60,657 nt of DNA from a bacterium (GTDB lineage Bacteria > Pseudomonadota > Gammaproteobacteria > Burkholderiales > Burkholderiaceae_F): the NCBI GenBank assembly GCA_963656505.1, contig CAVKJM010000002.1, positions 1 to 60,657 on the forward strand. Direction: 5' to 3'. Shown one piece after another: positions 51,371 through 60,657 of the stretch. How positions within the stretch are numbered: position 1 is the first letter of the stretch; every line of letters begins with the position of its first letter. Below the pieces are notes generated by a model. The model ran no database searches. It was given only the letters and a program-made list of their open reading frames with translations, and was not told the DNA's origin. The position numbers and the translations under genes are program-made.

Positions 51371-52152
51371 GGATCGCCATGTCGAAAGTCGACGAAGAAG
51401 ATAAATTAGACGATCCAGCAAACGATCAACCCTTAATGGCGCATTTAATTGAATTGCGGCAAAGAACAGTGAGAGCCGTAATTTCGATTTTGGTTGCCTT
51501 CGTGTGCTTATCTCCTTTTATGAAGGAGATTTTCGATATTATCTCGAAACCTCTGATGGTCGCGCTCCCCGATGGTGCAAAACTACTTTCCACTGGTGTT
51601 GTGGCGCCCTTTATGGTCCCACTAAAGGTCACACTTTTTTGCGCCTTTGTGATTGCTCTACCTTACGTTCTCTATCAGTTCTGGGCCTACATCGCGCCCG
51701 CTTTATATAAAAGAGAAAAGCGCTTGGCGCTTCCTGTGATTGTGTCAAGCGTTGTGATGTTTGCTATCGGCATGGCCTATTGCTACTTCGTTGTCTTTCG
51801 GATGGTCTTTCAATTTATCGCAGGATTTTCTCCTGACGCAGTGAACTTTGCGCCCGATATCGATAGCTACTTTAGTTTTGTCATCACAATGTTCTTTGCC
51901 TTTGGCCTTACGTTTGAAGTGCCGATTTTGGTCGTTGTGTTAGATCGCGTTGGTGTAGCATCAGCCAAAAAACTCGTGCGCATCCGCCCGTATGTGATTG
52001 TGGGTGCCTTTGTGTTGGCAGCAATTTTTACGCCCCCTGATGTTCTCTCGCAGCTTTTGCTTGCGTTGCCTCTTGTTGTCCTTTACGAATTTGGCATTGT
52101 CCTTGTGAAAATCTTTGGCCGTAAAGAAAGTAAAGAAGACGAAGAAAAGTAA
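51367..52152 (+). CDS. tatC: Twin-arginine translocase TatC
   Basis: 'HLIELR.R', 'PALY..EK', 'FEVP', 'TPPD..SQ..LA.P...LYE'. Confidence 0.97.
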   Translation: MRIAMSKVDEEDKLDDPANDQPLMAHLIELRQRTVRAVISILVAFVCLSPFMKEIFDIISKPLMVALPDGAKLLSTGVVAPFMVPLKVTLFCAFVIALPYVLYQFWAYIAPALYKREKRLALPVIVSSVVMFAIGMAYCYFVVFRMVFQFIAGFSPDAVNFAPDIDSYFSFVITMFFAFGLTFEVPILVVVLDRVGVASAKKLVRIRPYVIVGAFVLAAIFTPPDVLSQLLLALPLVVLYEFGIVLVKIFGRKESKEDEEK

Positions 52153-52233
52153 GTAAGGTATCGAAGGCTTCCTGAAAGCCGAGTCCTTTCAATCTCTTCC
52201 ATTTTCTCTAAAAGCGCTTACATTTAAATTGAT

Positions 52234-53460
52234 ATGGAAAAAACGAATTTAGATAAGCGCTTTGAACCCACATTTGCCCATGTTGCCATTCTTGGGTTTA
52301 CTTGCTCACTTGGGCCTTTTGCCACAAACGGCATCGTGCCATCGTTTCATGCGATTGCAACGACGTTTGGCTTGCCGCTTAGCGCCATACAAGAAGTTTT
52401 AACGATTTATCTTATTGGCCTAGCCATTGGTTCTTTGATTGTGGGAGCGCTTTCAGACTCCTACGGAAGAAGACCCGTGTTAATTGGCGGCATGGTGCTT
52501 TTTGCTATTGCGAGCATCGGCGCCTTGTACGCCAACACAATCATCGAGATGGAGTTTTGGCGCTTCTTACAAGGTTTAGGTGCTTCTGTTGGCCAGGTTG
52601 TCACACAGGCGATGGTGCGAGACCGTTGGAGCGGGATATTCGCCACGCGCGCGATGAGCATTATCGGGATGCTCTTTAGTATTTCGCCAGCGGTAGCTCC
52701 CATTATCGGTGGTTGGCTTGTTGTGCAAATGGGTTGGGAAGCAACCTTCTGGTTCTTGGTGTGCTACGCGATTTGCGTCGGTGTGGTGACGTTTTTCTTA
52801 GATGAAACGCTCGAAAAAGAAAACCGTCGACCGCTAAACCTTAAGGCTCTTTTTTGTGGCTATGCAATGTGCCTTACAAATAAAGCGTTTCTCTACGGCA
52901 TCATCTCTAATGCCCTAAGTTTTATGGGAATGATTTTGGTTGTTGCCGCAGGAGCTGATTTCGTTGTGAATGTCATGGGCTTTGGCATTGATGAGTTTGC
53001 GTGGCTCTCTATTCCGCTTGTGGTTGCTTCTGTCGTAGGCTCTTCTTTAGCTCCGAGTTTGGCGCAACGCTTTGGAACAACTGGCTTAGTTCTAGGAGCC
53101 ACTGCCCTTTTACTTCTTTTTGAAGCACTGATGGCTTTCCTTTTCTTTGGGGTAACTCCAGGCTACCTACCCACAATGATGCTTGGGTTTCTCTTTAGCT
53201 TTATCGGAAACCTTGTGCGTCCTGTTGTGATGACAATGAACCTTGACTATCACCCGAAAGCCCGTGGATTAGCCGCTTCTGTGCAACAAGGCTTTCACAC
53301 GTTAGGGTTTGCTTTGAGTTCTTCTATTTTGGCGCCCCTATGTGCGGGAGCCGCGTGGAAATATGCACTAGCGATGGCCGGTGCCGCAGCGCTATCTTTA
53401 ATTTTTTGGATGTTGGCGTTAGCGTATCGTGAAAGGTCACTACCAAAAGAGAGCCACTAA
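52234..53460 (+). CDS. Bcr/CflA-family MFS efflux transporter
   Basis: MFS motif A 'GALSDSYGRRPV', 'RFLQG', 'AMVRD', 'P..AP.IGG'. Confidence 0.9.
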   Translation: MEKTNLDKRFEPTFAHVAILGFTCSLGPFATNGIVPSFHAIATTFGLPLSAIQEVLTIYLIGLAIGSLIVGALSDSYGRRPVLIGGMVLFAIASIGALYANTIIEMEFWRFLQGLGASVGQVVTQAMVRDRWSGIFATRAMSIIGMLFSISPAVAPIIGGWLVVQMGWEATFWFLVCYAICVGVVTFFLDETLEKENRRPLNLKALFCGYAMCLTNKAFLYGIISNALSFMGMILVVAAGADFVVNVMGFGIDEFAWLSIPLVVASVVGSSLAPSLAQRFGTTGLVLGATALLLLFEALMAFLFFGVTPGYLPTMMLGFLFSFIGNLVRPVVMTMNLDYHPKARGLAASVQQGFHTLGFALSSSILAPLCAGAAWKYALAMAGAAALSLIFWMLALAYRERSLPKESH

Positions 53461-53478
53461 AAAACGCTCAAACACTTT

Positions 53479-54114
53479 TTAAAGCGAAGTGCTTTTCCCG
53501 CAAAAGCGACCGAGGGTTAAAAGCACAAAGGCAGCAATAAAAAGAACGGAAAAAATCGCGCAACACTGAGCCATGTTTAGGAACTCATATTGCGGGATAA
53601 GGTACCAGCCGCCAGCGGCGTTATAAAGATCGATCCAATAGGACTGAAAAGAAGAAAGAGCTACGTTGGCAGGAACTACAGGCGCATCAATCCCGCATTC
53701 CCCAGAGGCAGCGAACCAGTCAGGAAGCCACGCATCCAAGGGTAGTCCTAAGGGATAGTGAACGTTTGTAGAACACCCTTCCAAACCAAAAAGTGCATCC
53801 ATATTCTCTGAATGCATTGCCGCGTGGATCTTTGTAAGTTTCAAAGAACACATGAGCCCGTAAAAAGCGCCATAAAGGCTTAAGGCAATTCCAAGAAGAT
53901 AGGAGATAAGGCACTTTGGAGAAATCCAAACAAGAAAAGCGCCGATAACAATAACCGTGAAAGCAAAGCGAATGTAAACGCACTGCTCGCAGGGTTCCAT
54001 AAAAAGCCACTTCTGGAAAACGGCGTGCGCGAAGATAACTAAGAATGCGGCAAAAGCTGCGAGCGTAAGCCACGTGGCGCGTTTTGTAGAAAGTAAGTGT
54101 AAGCGGCTTAACAT
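53479..54114 (-). CDS. dsbI: Disulfide bond formation protein, DsbI-type (DsbB family)
   Basis: 'FQ.WL.M.PCEQCVYIR' and a large second periplasmic loop with a Cys pair (GCS...ECG). Confidence 0.85.
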   Translation of the reverse strand: MLSRLHLLSTKRATWLTLAAFAAFLVIFAHAVFQKWLFMEPCEQCVYIRFAFTVIVIGAFLVWISPKCLISYLLGIALSLYGAFYGLMCSLKLTKIHAAMHSENMDALFGLEGCSTNVHYPLGLPLDAWLPDWFAASGECGIDAPVVPANVALSSFQSYWIDLYNAAGGWYLIPQYEFLNMAQCCAIFSVLFIAAFVLLTLGRFCGKSTSL

Positions 54115-54117
54115 CGT

Positions 54118-54780
54118 TTACTCGAGAGGAAGTTTCGCAAGTTCTGCGACGATTTCAGCTAAAGCTGCCTTAGATCTTACGGCTTTATTGAGTACGAGAT
54201 AGCGCCCATTTACGACGTAAGCAGGAATCCCTTGAATGTCTGCAATCGCTTTCGATGGTAGCCACGCTTCGCGAATGGCAAGAACCGCTTTGTCATTGCG
54301 GTGCTTCGCAAATTCCGCTTCGGTAATCCTTGTTGCGTCCGTAAGAGTTTTAATGAATTCTGTTTCTCCGCCTTCCCAGCGTTTCTTTTCTTTTAAGTAG
54401 CCAAAATACATCGCTTCTTTGGCGCGGCTAAAAAGGCTTTCTTTGGCAGTAACGGAAGCGTTAGAGGCCGTATCTTTTACGCGGCAGTAGGCTAAAAAGA
54501 GGGCAGCAACCTCCCCATACTTGGCGCGCTTTTCTAAAAAAACGGGATTAAAGGTGAGGTTTGCGGACTTCTTTACTTCAGCCTCAAGCCAAGCATCAAC
54601 CGTCTTGTCATAGCGATAGCAAAACGGGCAATCGTAAGAAAAGATTTTCGTCAGTGTCCCTTGGGCAGCAGGGAGCGCCACATCCAATTTGAGGTATGTG
54701 GTTTCAGAAGCCAAAAGCGTAGGGCTAACTGCGACGGCAAAGCCAGCAAGAAGTAAAGTGCGACGAGAAAACGTGGTCAT
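54118..54780 (-). CDS. dsbL: Thiol:disulfide oxidoreductase, DsbL-type (DsbA family)
   Basis: 'FSYDCPFCYRYD' active site, cis-Pro loop 'GIPAYVVNG'; co-transcribed with dsbI. Confidence 0.82.
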   Translation of the reverse strand: MTTFSRRTLLLAGFAVAVSPTLLASETTYLKLDVALPAAQGTLTKIFSYDCPFCYRYDKTVDAWLEAEVKKSANLTFNPVFLEKRAKYGEVAALFLAYCRVKDTASNASVTAKESLFSRAKEAMYFGYLKEKKRWEGGETEFIKTLTDATRITEAEFAKHRNDKAVLAIREAWLPSKAIADIQGIPAYVVNGRYLVLNKAVRSKAALAEIVAELAKLPLE

Positions 54781-54905
54781 AAAACATAAACATTGTTAAC
54801 AATAACTGCAATCATACTTATTTCTCTTTAGCCCGTTTTTTTAAGCGTTGTTGCCAAACTTTGCTAGAGTTTCGCTCCAACAGACTTATGTGAGGAGCTT
54901 TTACT

Positions 54906-56204
54906 ATGACTGTGCGTGTATTAACGGGAATTAACACAACAGGAACACTGCACTTAGGGAATTATTGCGGAGCGATTCGCCCCTGCATTATTGCCTCAAG
55001 AAAGCCTGACGTGGAAAGTTTCTTTTTTATGGCCGACTTGCACGCCCTCATTAAGTGTCAGGACGCAAGCCGTATTGAAAGAAGCCGTATGCAGATTGCG
55101 GCTAGTTGGCTTGCCGCAGGTCTTGACCCCGAGCGCTGCACCTTCTATCGGCAAAGCGATATTCCTGAAATCCCTGTTTTAAATTGGCTACTCAATTGCG
55201 TGTGCGCTAAGGGGCTTATGAACCGCGCCCACGCCTACAAAGCCTTTGTTGAAGCCAATGCCGCTAGTAATGAGGACCCTGATTCTGGCGTATCGATGGG
55301 CCTTTTTTGCTACCCAGTTTTAATGGCAGCCGATATTTTGATGTTTAACGCCAACTTCGTTCCTGTTGGCAAGGATCAGATTCAACACCTTGAGATGGCC
55401 CGCGATATTGCAACGCGCTTTAACAACTTATACGGGGAAGGAAAGAAGACCTTTTTTACGCTTCCTTATGAGCAGGTCGATGAAGAGGTTTCTATCCTGC
55501 CAGGTCTTGACGGTCGCAAGATGAGTAAGAGCTACAACAACGTGATTCCGCTTTTCGAGGGCGGAAAGAAAGCGCTTGAAGAAGCGATTAGTCGCGTTGT
55601 AACAGATAGCCGTTTACCAGGGGAACCCAAAGACCCCGATAGCACCTCTTTGACACAAATCTTTGATGCCTTCGCCACGCACGAAGAGCGTGAGGCATTC
55701 CGCGAAGAGTTGCGCTCTGGTTTAGGGTGGGGCGAAGCAAAGAAGAGATTGGTTGCCCAAATTGAAAAAGAAATCGGTCCGATGCGTGAAAAGTATGCGT
55801 ACTACACAACGCACTTGGATGAATTAGAAGAGATTCTTCAAGCAGGAGCCGCGAAGGCTCGTAAGATTGCAACTCCTTTCTTAAAGGAATTGCGTGAAGC
55901 CGTTGGCCTGCGTCGCTTCCATGAATTGGGAAGCGCAAAGAAAGAAGTGGCAACAGTAGCAAAGAAAAAAGATCTTCCAACTTTTAAGCAGTATCGTGAA
56001 AGTGACGGAAAGTTCTACTTTAAGTTAACGGATGCCGCAGGGAAACTTCTTTTTATTTCTACGGGTTTTGAAAACGGTAAAGACGCCGGTAAAACCATCG
56101 GAGAAATGAAAAAGGGATGGGATGCCAAATTCTTATCTCTTGTCACACTGAGTGAAGGCGTGACAGTAAGCGAAGTCTCTCAAGCTCTCGCGACGCTTGC
56201 CTAA
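54906..56204 (+). CDS. trpS: Tryptophan--tRNA ligase with C-terminal extension
   Basis: 'HLGNY', 'YPVLMAADIL', 'VPVGKDQ.QH', 'KMSKS'. Confidence 0.97.
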   Translation: MTVRVLTGINTTGTLHLGNYCGAIRPCIIASRKPDVESFFFMADLHALIKCQDASRIERSRMQIAASWLAAGLDPERCTFYRQSDIPEIPVLNWLLNCVCAKGLMNRAHAYKAFVEANAASNEDPDSGVSMGLFCYPVLMAADILMFNANFVPVGKDQIQHLEMARDIATRFNNLYGEGKKTFFTLPYEQVDEEVSILPGLDGRKMSKSYNNVIPLFEGGKKALEEAISRVVTDSRLPGEPKDPDSTSLTQIFDAFATHEEREAFREELRSGLGWGEAKKRLVAQIEKEIGPMREKYAYYTTHLDELEEILQAGAAKARKIATPFLKELREAVGLRRFHELGSAKKEVATVAKKKDLPTFKQYRESDGKFYFKLTDAAGKLLFISTGFENGKDAGKTIGEMKKGWDAKFLSLVTLSEGVTVSEVSQALATLA

Positions 56205-56214
56205 ACTTGAGGGT

Positions 56215-56250
56215 CGAATCGCGGTTCTCACGGCACTGAACCGCGATTCG
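56215..56250. terminator. Perfect 13-bp stem-loop after trpS
   Basis: CGAATCGCGGTTC-10 nt-GAACCGCGATTCG. Confidence 0.65.
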
Positions 56251-56273
56251 CCGAAATCTTCTTTTAAATCAAG

Positions 56274-56283
56274 CCCCCCCCCC
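56274..56283. repeat. Homopolymeric C10 tract upstream of the autotransporter
   Basis: AAG-CCCCCCCCCC-AAC. Confidence 0.95.
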
Positions 56284-56495
56284 AACGAGTCTAAGAAAAG
56301 AGACACTCGATTGAGAGGTCTGCCCTCTTGTCGGGCAGAAGTAGCGCAAGCAATTTGCGTGAAGTTTTGTCCATACGAGTGCTGCCCTCTATCTAGTTCA
56401 AAAATTAGAGCCTGCGTTGTACTCCTAGGGGTAGGGGTGTGATGAATGTCGCGAGAAGCAATTTCTCGTGCGTCGCTCATCTGATGGAGAAAGCC

Positions 56496-59400
56496 ATGAA
56501 CCGCACATTCAAAGTCGTGTTCAATCGGGCGCGTGCGTGCCTAGTCGTTGCCAATGAAATCACACGAGTTTTAAAGAAAAAAGGGTCTAAGACGGTTCTT
56601 GCCGTTGCGGCTCTTGCGTTCATAGTAACGCCTACGCTAGCCGGGGAGGCTTCCGCAGGGGAAGATATCACCATTAGCAAGACATCAACTACAGAGTCGG
56701 TGACGGGGTACCACATTGATACAGCAACGAGCGAAAGTCTTGGTTCTGAAGGAAAGGCTGTAAATATTACGGTGGAAGGAAAGGAAGTCGAAGGAGGCTC
56801 TCCTAGTAAAGCTGTTAATCTCGAATATGGCGCAAAGCTTACGATTGAAGGAAAAACGATTGACATAACCTCTTCGGGGCGGGGACTCCAAGCGAGTGAA
56901 AACTCTGTCTTGACGGTAGGCTCAGAAAATACGAAAGAATTTTCTATTGACGCTGCTAGCCAAGGTGTTCTAGCGGGATGGGGGAAATCCACTACAGCAA
57001 GGGCAACAGTAAAGGCTCAATCGGAAACAATAACAATCAAAGCTAAAGGCAATGCAATTAGCTTGGTCGGTAAAACGGATGTGAGCCTTAAAGCAACTCA
57101 AAAAATTGAACTAGAGTCTTCAAATGCTTGCATTGAGACGAGTTCAGGTTCTGAACAAAATCAGGTTTCCTTAGATGCGAAAGAAATTAGTATCAAGTCA
57201 GAGACAGGCTACGGTATTAATGTTGGTTATTCGACTGCATCTACGATTCAAATTGGTTCAGAAGATACAGAGTTGGTTTCGATTGAGTCTAAAGAAAATG
57301 CTATTCTTGCTAGAAACCAAAGCCAAATTAAATTGATGGGAAAAGCCATCACATTTGCGTCAGAGGCAGCCGATGGCGTGATTCAAATCCAGAATGGCAC
57401 GGAAGCTGCCGTTGCTCCTGACAATGCGACGTCGCTCTCAATTACTGCTGGAACACTCTCCTGGGAAAACTCACCAGCTTATGGGTTTGTTGTCTTTTCT
57501 AATTCGCAATTAAATATTGATGCCAACACTTATATCAAAGCTACAAAAGCTATTGACACTCGAGGCAATTCCACAATTAACATAAACAAAGACGGAAACA
57601 AGACTACCCAAATGCAAGGGGATATTGTTTTTGAAACACCTAACGAACCAGGTAATGCGGGTCAGAGCGGAAAATACATTAATTCTCACGTGACAATTAA
57701 TTTCGATGGAGAAAACTCGTTTTGGGAAGGCCGTGCCTATCAGGTCTACAAAGTGGAAGGCAGTGACACCGAGTCTATTGGGCTTGATGGAGATGCTTCT
57801 TACAACGGCAATGTCACGGGATTTTCTCTTTCGTTTTCCGATAAAGCCAAGTGGACTGTGTCAGGAAATAGTTTTATCAATAGTTTGACACTTTCTGACG
57901 GTGGAATTGTCGATGCAAGCGAAGCCAAAATTCTTAATGTGGGGACTTGGGATCCAACAACATCTAAAGTGGTTGCAGGCTTCAAGGTTTCAGGAAAGGG
58001 AAATAAACTCACTCTAGGCGAAGGGACAATTCTCAACGGCACTATTGTGATGGCTGATGAGTCAGAACTTATCACTCCGATTTCAACAGTATTTGCAATT
58101 GAGGTGGACGAAGATTCTTCTGTTGTAACCAAAGTAACAAAGCGACTCAATATTGAGACTGCAAGTGGTGCAACGCAAGCGACATTAACGATACCAGATA
58201 CTTTTACTGTCTCAGCCTCAGTTCTTGCCGCGATAAATGAAGCTTGTGGGGAGGTGGCATTTAACCTTGAGAATGTGACTGTTAATTTGGCTTCGACGGA
58301 AGGTGAATCAGGGACCTCGCAAACGACAGCAATTCGTACAGACATCACGACAAAGTCGTTAACAGGGAGCGGCAATCTCGCAATCAAAGACGGAAAAACA
58401 TTGACAATTTCTGGAGAGAATGAATCTTCTGAAATTGGAACGGTTGAGTTAGGAGTTGTCGAATCAGGTGAAACCGGCTCTTCAACGCTTGAGATTAAGA
58501 ATCAAACGAACGTTACCGTTTCTGAGATTAAGGGTAACGGTGTTGTGCTTGTCGCAGAAAATAGTTCTGTTGAAGTAGAAACTCTTTCTGGCACATCGAA
58601 GATTTCCGTTGGTGAGATCAACGGAGAAGGGGCAACACTTTCGGTTAAGAATCTTGCGATGACAGGCGGTGCGATTTTCGTTGATCCTGCAGATGGTTTC
58701 CACTCCGCATTCTTTGTTGAAAGCTTAGCCTCAGATACTCTTAACACGAATATCACAGTTGGTAACGGTGGCCTTGTTGTTTTCGGTAGTGCGACAGAAA
58801 GCGAAGCGAACGCCGCAATCGCGAGCGTTGGACTTTCGAGTTCGACTGCTGTCGTTTACACAACGAAAGCCGCAACTCTTGGAAGTAGCGGAAGCGTTGT
58901 GATTGACCCGACCGCAACTGTTGCTGACGAGACTTATGCTCAAAAACTTGTTGTTCGCAATGGCGGAACGCTTGTGATCGATCAAGCTGCGTTAAATGGA
59001 GCAACAGTGTTTGAGGGAGCAACAAGTGTCGTCGTAGCAGACGAAACAAACTTTGGTGTTGTCAATGCTGCTATTGGAACAATTTCCTTAGGTGCAGTTG
59101 TTACTGATGAAAGCACAGAGGGTAGTTCTGCAACGATTTCTGTCTACACAGATTCTCCGTTCTTAACGGCAACCTTAGCCAATGACACAGGCATTATCAC
59201 AATCGCTGGCGCTTCAACTTTAGATGGGCAGGCCGTGATTGCTTCCTTAGGCATTCAATCGATGATCCGCCGTGCGGACATGATTCTTGCTGAAACCATC
59301 GCAGATCGTGCCGCGGAAATAGAGCTCGGTTCCAATCTCTGGGTCATGGTTCGTGGCGAACGTTACGAGCAAGATGGTTTGGGCGATGGAGCAGGGTTCC

Positions 59401-60107
59401 ACGCCAATATGGGTTATGGCGCATTCGGCGCTGAGGTTTCTCCCAATGAGAAAACAAACTTTGGCCTAGCTATCCAATACGGTCACGGAACAGTAAAGGG
59501 TGATGTTGGATCTGCGAAGAATAAGACAAAAGACTACAGCGCAACGCTTTACGGTAGCGCCCTTATTGGCGACACGGGAATTAAGCTTTTGGGTGAAGTC
59601 GCCTATACGCAAAGCTCTAACAAGATTACGAACACCTACTACACAGGGCTAAATCAAGATCTTGATGCGAAGATGATTTCAGGTGGCGTAACTCTACAAA
59701 AGCGCATTGACTTTGATAGCTTTAGCCTTACTCCAAGCATCGGAGCACGCGTCTCGAAGATCAAAACAGACGCGATGAAGATGGGCGTTAATAAGCTTGA
59801 TAAGCAAAGCCAAACAATCGTGCAAGTACCCATTGCTTTGCGCTTAGCAGGAAAGACCGCGCAAACCGAAAACGGGTGGTCTGTTACGCCTCGCTTTAAG
59901 GTTGCCTATATCCCAACCTTTGGTGATAAAGAAATCGACATTTACGGCGTAAAGAAGGCCGTTCTTGACACAAGCCCTGTGCAAGGCGCCTTTGGCATTA
60001 ACTTCCAAAAGGGAGGTTTCTCGATTGATGCGACGGCAAACGCTGGTGTTGGCAATCGCGGAACGTCATCCATTGGCGGCAAACTCGAGATGAACTATCG
60101 CTTCTAA
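56496..60107 (+). CDS. Autotransporter (type Va) with ESPR extended signal peptide, ~1200 aa
   Basis: 'MNRTFKVVFNRAR...VVANE' ESPR motif, S/T/G/E-rich beta-helix-like passenger, C-terminal beta-barrel ending 'MNYRF'; SD GGAGA. Confidence 0.9.
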   Translation: MNRTFKVVFNRARACLVVANEITRVLKKKGSKTVLAVAALAFIVTPTLAGEASAGEDITISKTSTTESVTGYHIDTATSESLGSEGKAVNITVEGKEVEGGSPSKAVNLEYGAKLTIEGKTIDITSSGRGLQASENSVLTVGSENTKEFSIDAASQGVLAGWGKSTTARATVKAQSETITIKAKGNAISLVGKTDVSLKATQKIELESSNACIETSSGSEQNQVSLDAKEISIKSETGYGINVGYSTASTIQIGSEDTELVSIESKENAILARNQSQIKLMGKAITFASEAADGVIQIQNGTEAAVAPDNATSLSITAGTLSWENSPAYGFVVFSNSQLNIDANTYIKATKAIDTRGNSTININKDGNKTTQMQGDIVFETPNEPGNAGQSGKYINSHVTINFDGENSFWEGRAYQVYKVEGSDTESIGLDGDASYNGNVTGFSLSFSDKAKWTVSGNSFINSLTLSDGGIVDASEAKILNVGTWDPTTSKVVAGFKVSGKGNKLTLGEGTILNGTIVMADESELITPISTVFAIEVDEDSSVVTKVTKRLNIETASGATQATLTIPDTFTVSASVLAAINEACGEVAFNLENVTVNLASTEGESGTSQTTAIRTDITTKSLTGSGNLAIKDGKTLTISGENESSEIGTVELGVVESGETGSSTLEIKNQTNVTVSEIKGNGVVLVAENSSVEVETLSGTSKISVGEINGEGATLSVKNLAMTGGAIFVDPADGFHSAFFVESLASDTLNTNITVGNGGLVVFGSATESEANAAIASVGLSSSTAVVYTTKAATLGSSGSVVIDPTATVADETYAQKLVVRNGGTLVIDQAALNGATVFEGATSVVVADETNFGVVNAAIGTISLGAVVTDESTEGSSATISVYTDSPFLTATLANDTGIITIAGASTLDGQAVIASLGIQSMIRRADMILAETIADRAAEIELGSNLWVMVRGERYEQDGLGDGAGFHANMGYGAFGAEVSPNEKTNFGLAIQYGHGTVKGDVGSAKNKTKDYSATLYGSALIGDTGIKLLGEVAYTQSSNKITNTYYTGLNQDLDAKMISGGVTLQKRIDFDSFSLTPSIGARVSKIKTDAMKMGVNKLDKQSQTIVQVPIALRLAGKTAQTENGWSVTPRFKVAYIPTFGDKEIDIYGVKKAVLDTSPVQGAFGINFQKGGFSIDATANAGVGNRGTSSIGGKLEMNYRF

Positions 60108-60128
60108 AGGATAGTTTCTCAGAGTAGC

Positions 60129-60158
60129 AAAAAGGGGTGCCGAAAGCGACACCCCTTT
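60129..60158. terminator. Bidirectional terminator
   Basis: AAAAAGGGGTG...CACCCCTTT between convergent genes. Confidence 0.8.
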
Positions 60159-60164
60159 AAATTA

Positions 60165-60656
60165 TTACCAGCGGCGATGATGGCGCGGTGGGGGCACAAC
60201 AATCACGGGTGGTGGCGGCTGTATCGAGCGCATCATCACATCGGTTTCGATGGCATCTACCATGCGCTGTTGTTGGCGTAGTTGCTGGATGCGATTGGCA
60301 TTGGCCATATCGACTTGAAGATTTGGATCGTCGAGATTGCGTTGAATTGTGCCTCTTAGCCCATACTGAAACATCTTTCCACTGTAGGTGAAGTTTGTCG
60401 TGGTCTTGGCACCACTAGGCCAAACGGCAGTAAGAGACGTTGTTTGCCAAACGTTTGGTGCAACCGCAGAGATTCCTTGCATACGCCATTCAACATTCAT
60501 GGGCTCTTGCCCTAAGATTTTCCCTTCGCTATTGACAATAAGGGCCCCAGCAGGAATCGTCGAGATGCGAATCATGGTGCGGTCCGTTGGAATCATGCAC
60601 GAGGTTAAAAGAAGCGTCGCGCAAAGCGAGGCAATAAGTAATGGCGTTTTTCTCAT
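60165..60656 (-). CDS. Putative lipoprotein with PEGA-like segment and Pro-rich C-terminus
   Basis: Lipobox 'LLLTSC', 'ISTIPAGALI...G..LG..P', tail 'QPPPPVIVVPPPRHHRRW'. Confidence 0.7.
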   Translation of the reverse strand: MRKTPLLIASLCATLLLTSCMIPTDRTMIRISTIPAGALIVNSEGKILGQEPMNVEWRMQGISAVAPNVWQTTSLTAVWPSGAKTTTNFTYSGKMFQYGLRGTIQRNLDDPNLQVDMANANRIQQLRQQQRMVDAIETDVMMRSIQPPPPVIVVPPPRHHRRW

Positions 60657-60657
60657 A

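Noticed and set aside
55960..56204. Extra C-terminal domain on TrpRS as a novel fusion
   Set aside because: A similar 'FKQYRE.DGKFYFKL' extension is, to my knowledge, common in beta- and gammaproteobacterial TrpRS
56197..56480. Short ORFs between trpS and the autotransporter
   Set aside because: No SD or motifs; they cross a hairpin and the C-tract, so the region is more likely regulatory
57800..58387. 195-aa antisense ORF in the autotransporter
   Set aside because: Shadow frame of the passenger domain

Overview
A compact, mostly core-genome stretch of a betaproteobacterial chromosome. Gene content and order, and the ESPR-type autotransporter, suggest Burkholderiales, probably Sutterellaceae (inference). 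It opens on the 3' end of a 5S rRNA gene. Housekeeping content: slmA, lysA, a small lptM/yifL lipoprotein missed by the ORF track, mrcA, an apaH-uvrA(double-length)-cca-folB-ttcA-cyaY operon, galU, rfaE2, tRNA-Ala/tRNA-Glu, rplU-rpmA-obgE-proB, ftsY-ftsE-ftsX-rpoH-trmL, rsmD-coaD, lptFG, gpmA-envC-ctpA, secB, hinT-tatABC, dsbL-dsbI and trpS. Accessory modules: a LysR/RocB/YjiHG/M20 peptide or amide-utilisation cluster; a repeat protein plus DUF1643 pair; a TAXI-TRAP transporter behind a consensus sigma54 promoter and NtrC-like enhancer; a divergent AhcY-like gene paired with an MtaD-like deaminase; and a large autotransporter with an upstream C10 tract. I see no CRISPR array, transposase, integrase or prophage. 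I cannot prove any system is new without database searches. The best candidates are the AhcY-like/MtaD pair, the TatA with a histone-H1-like tail, the RD-rich disordered protein with a BrnA-like core, and the repeat protein/DUF1643 insert.
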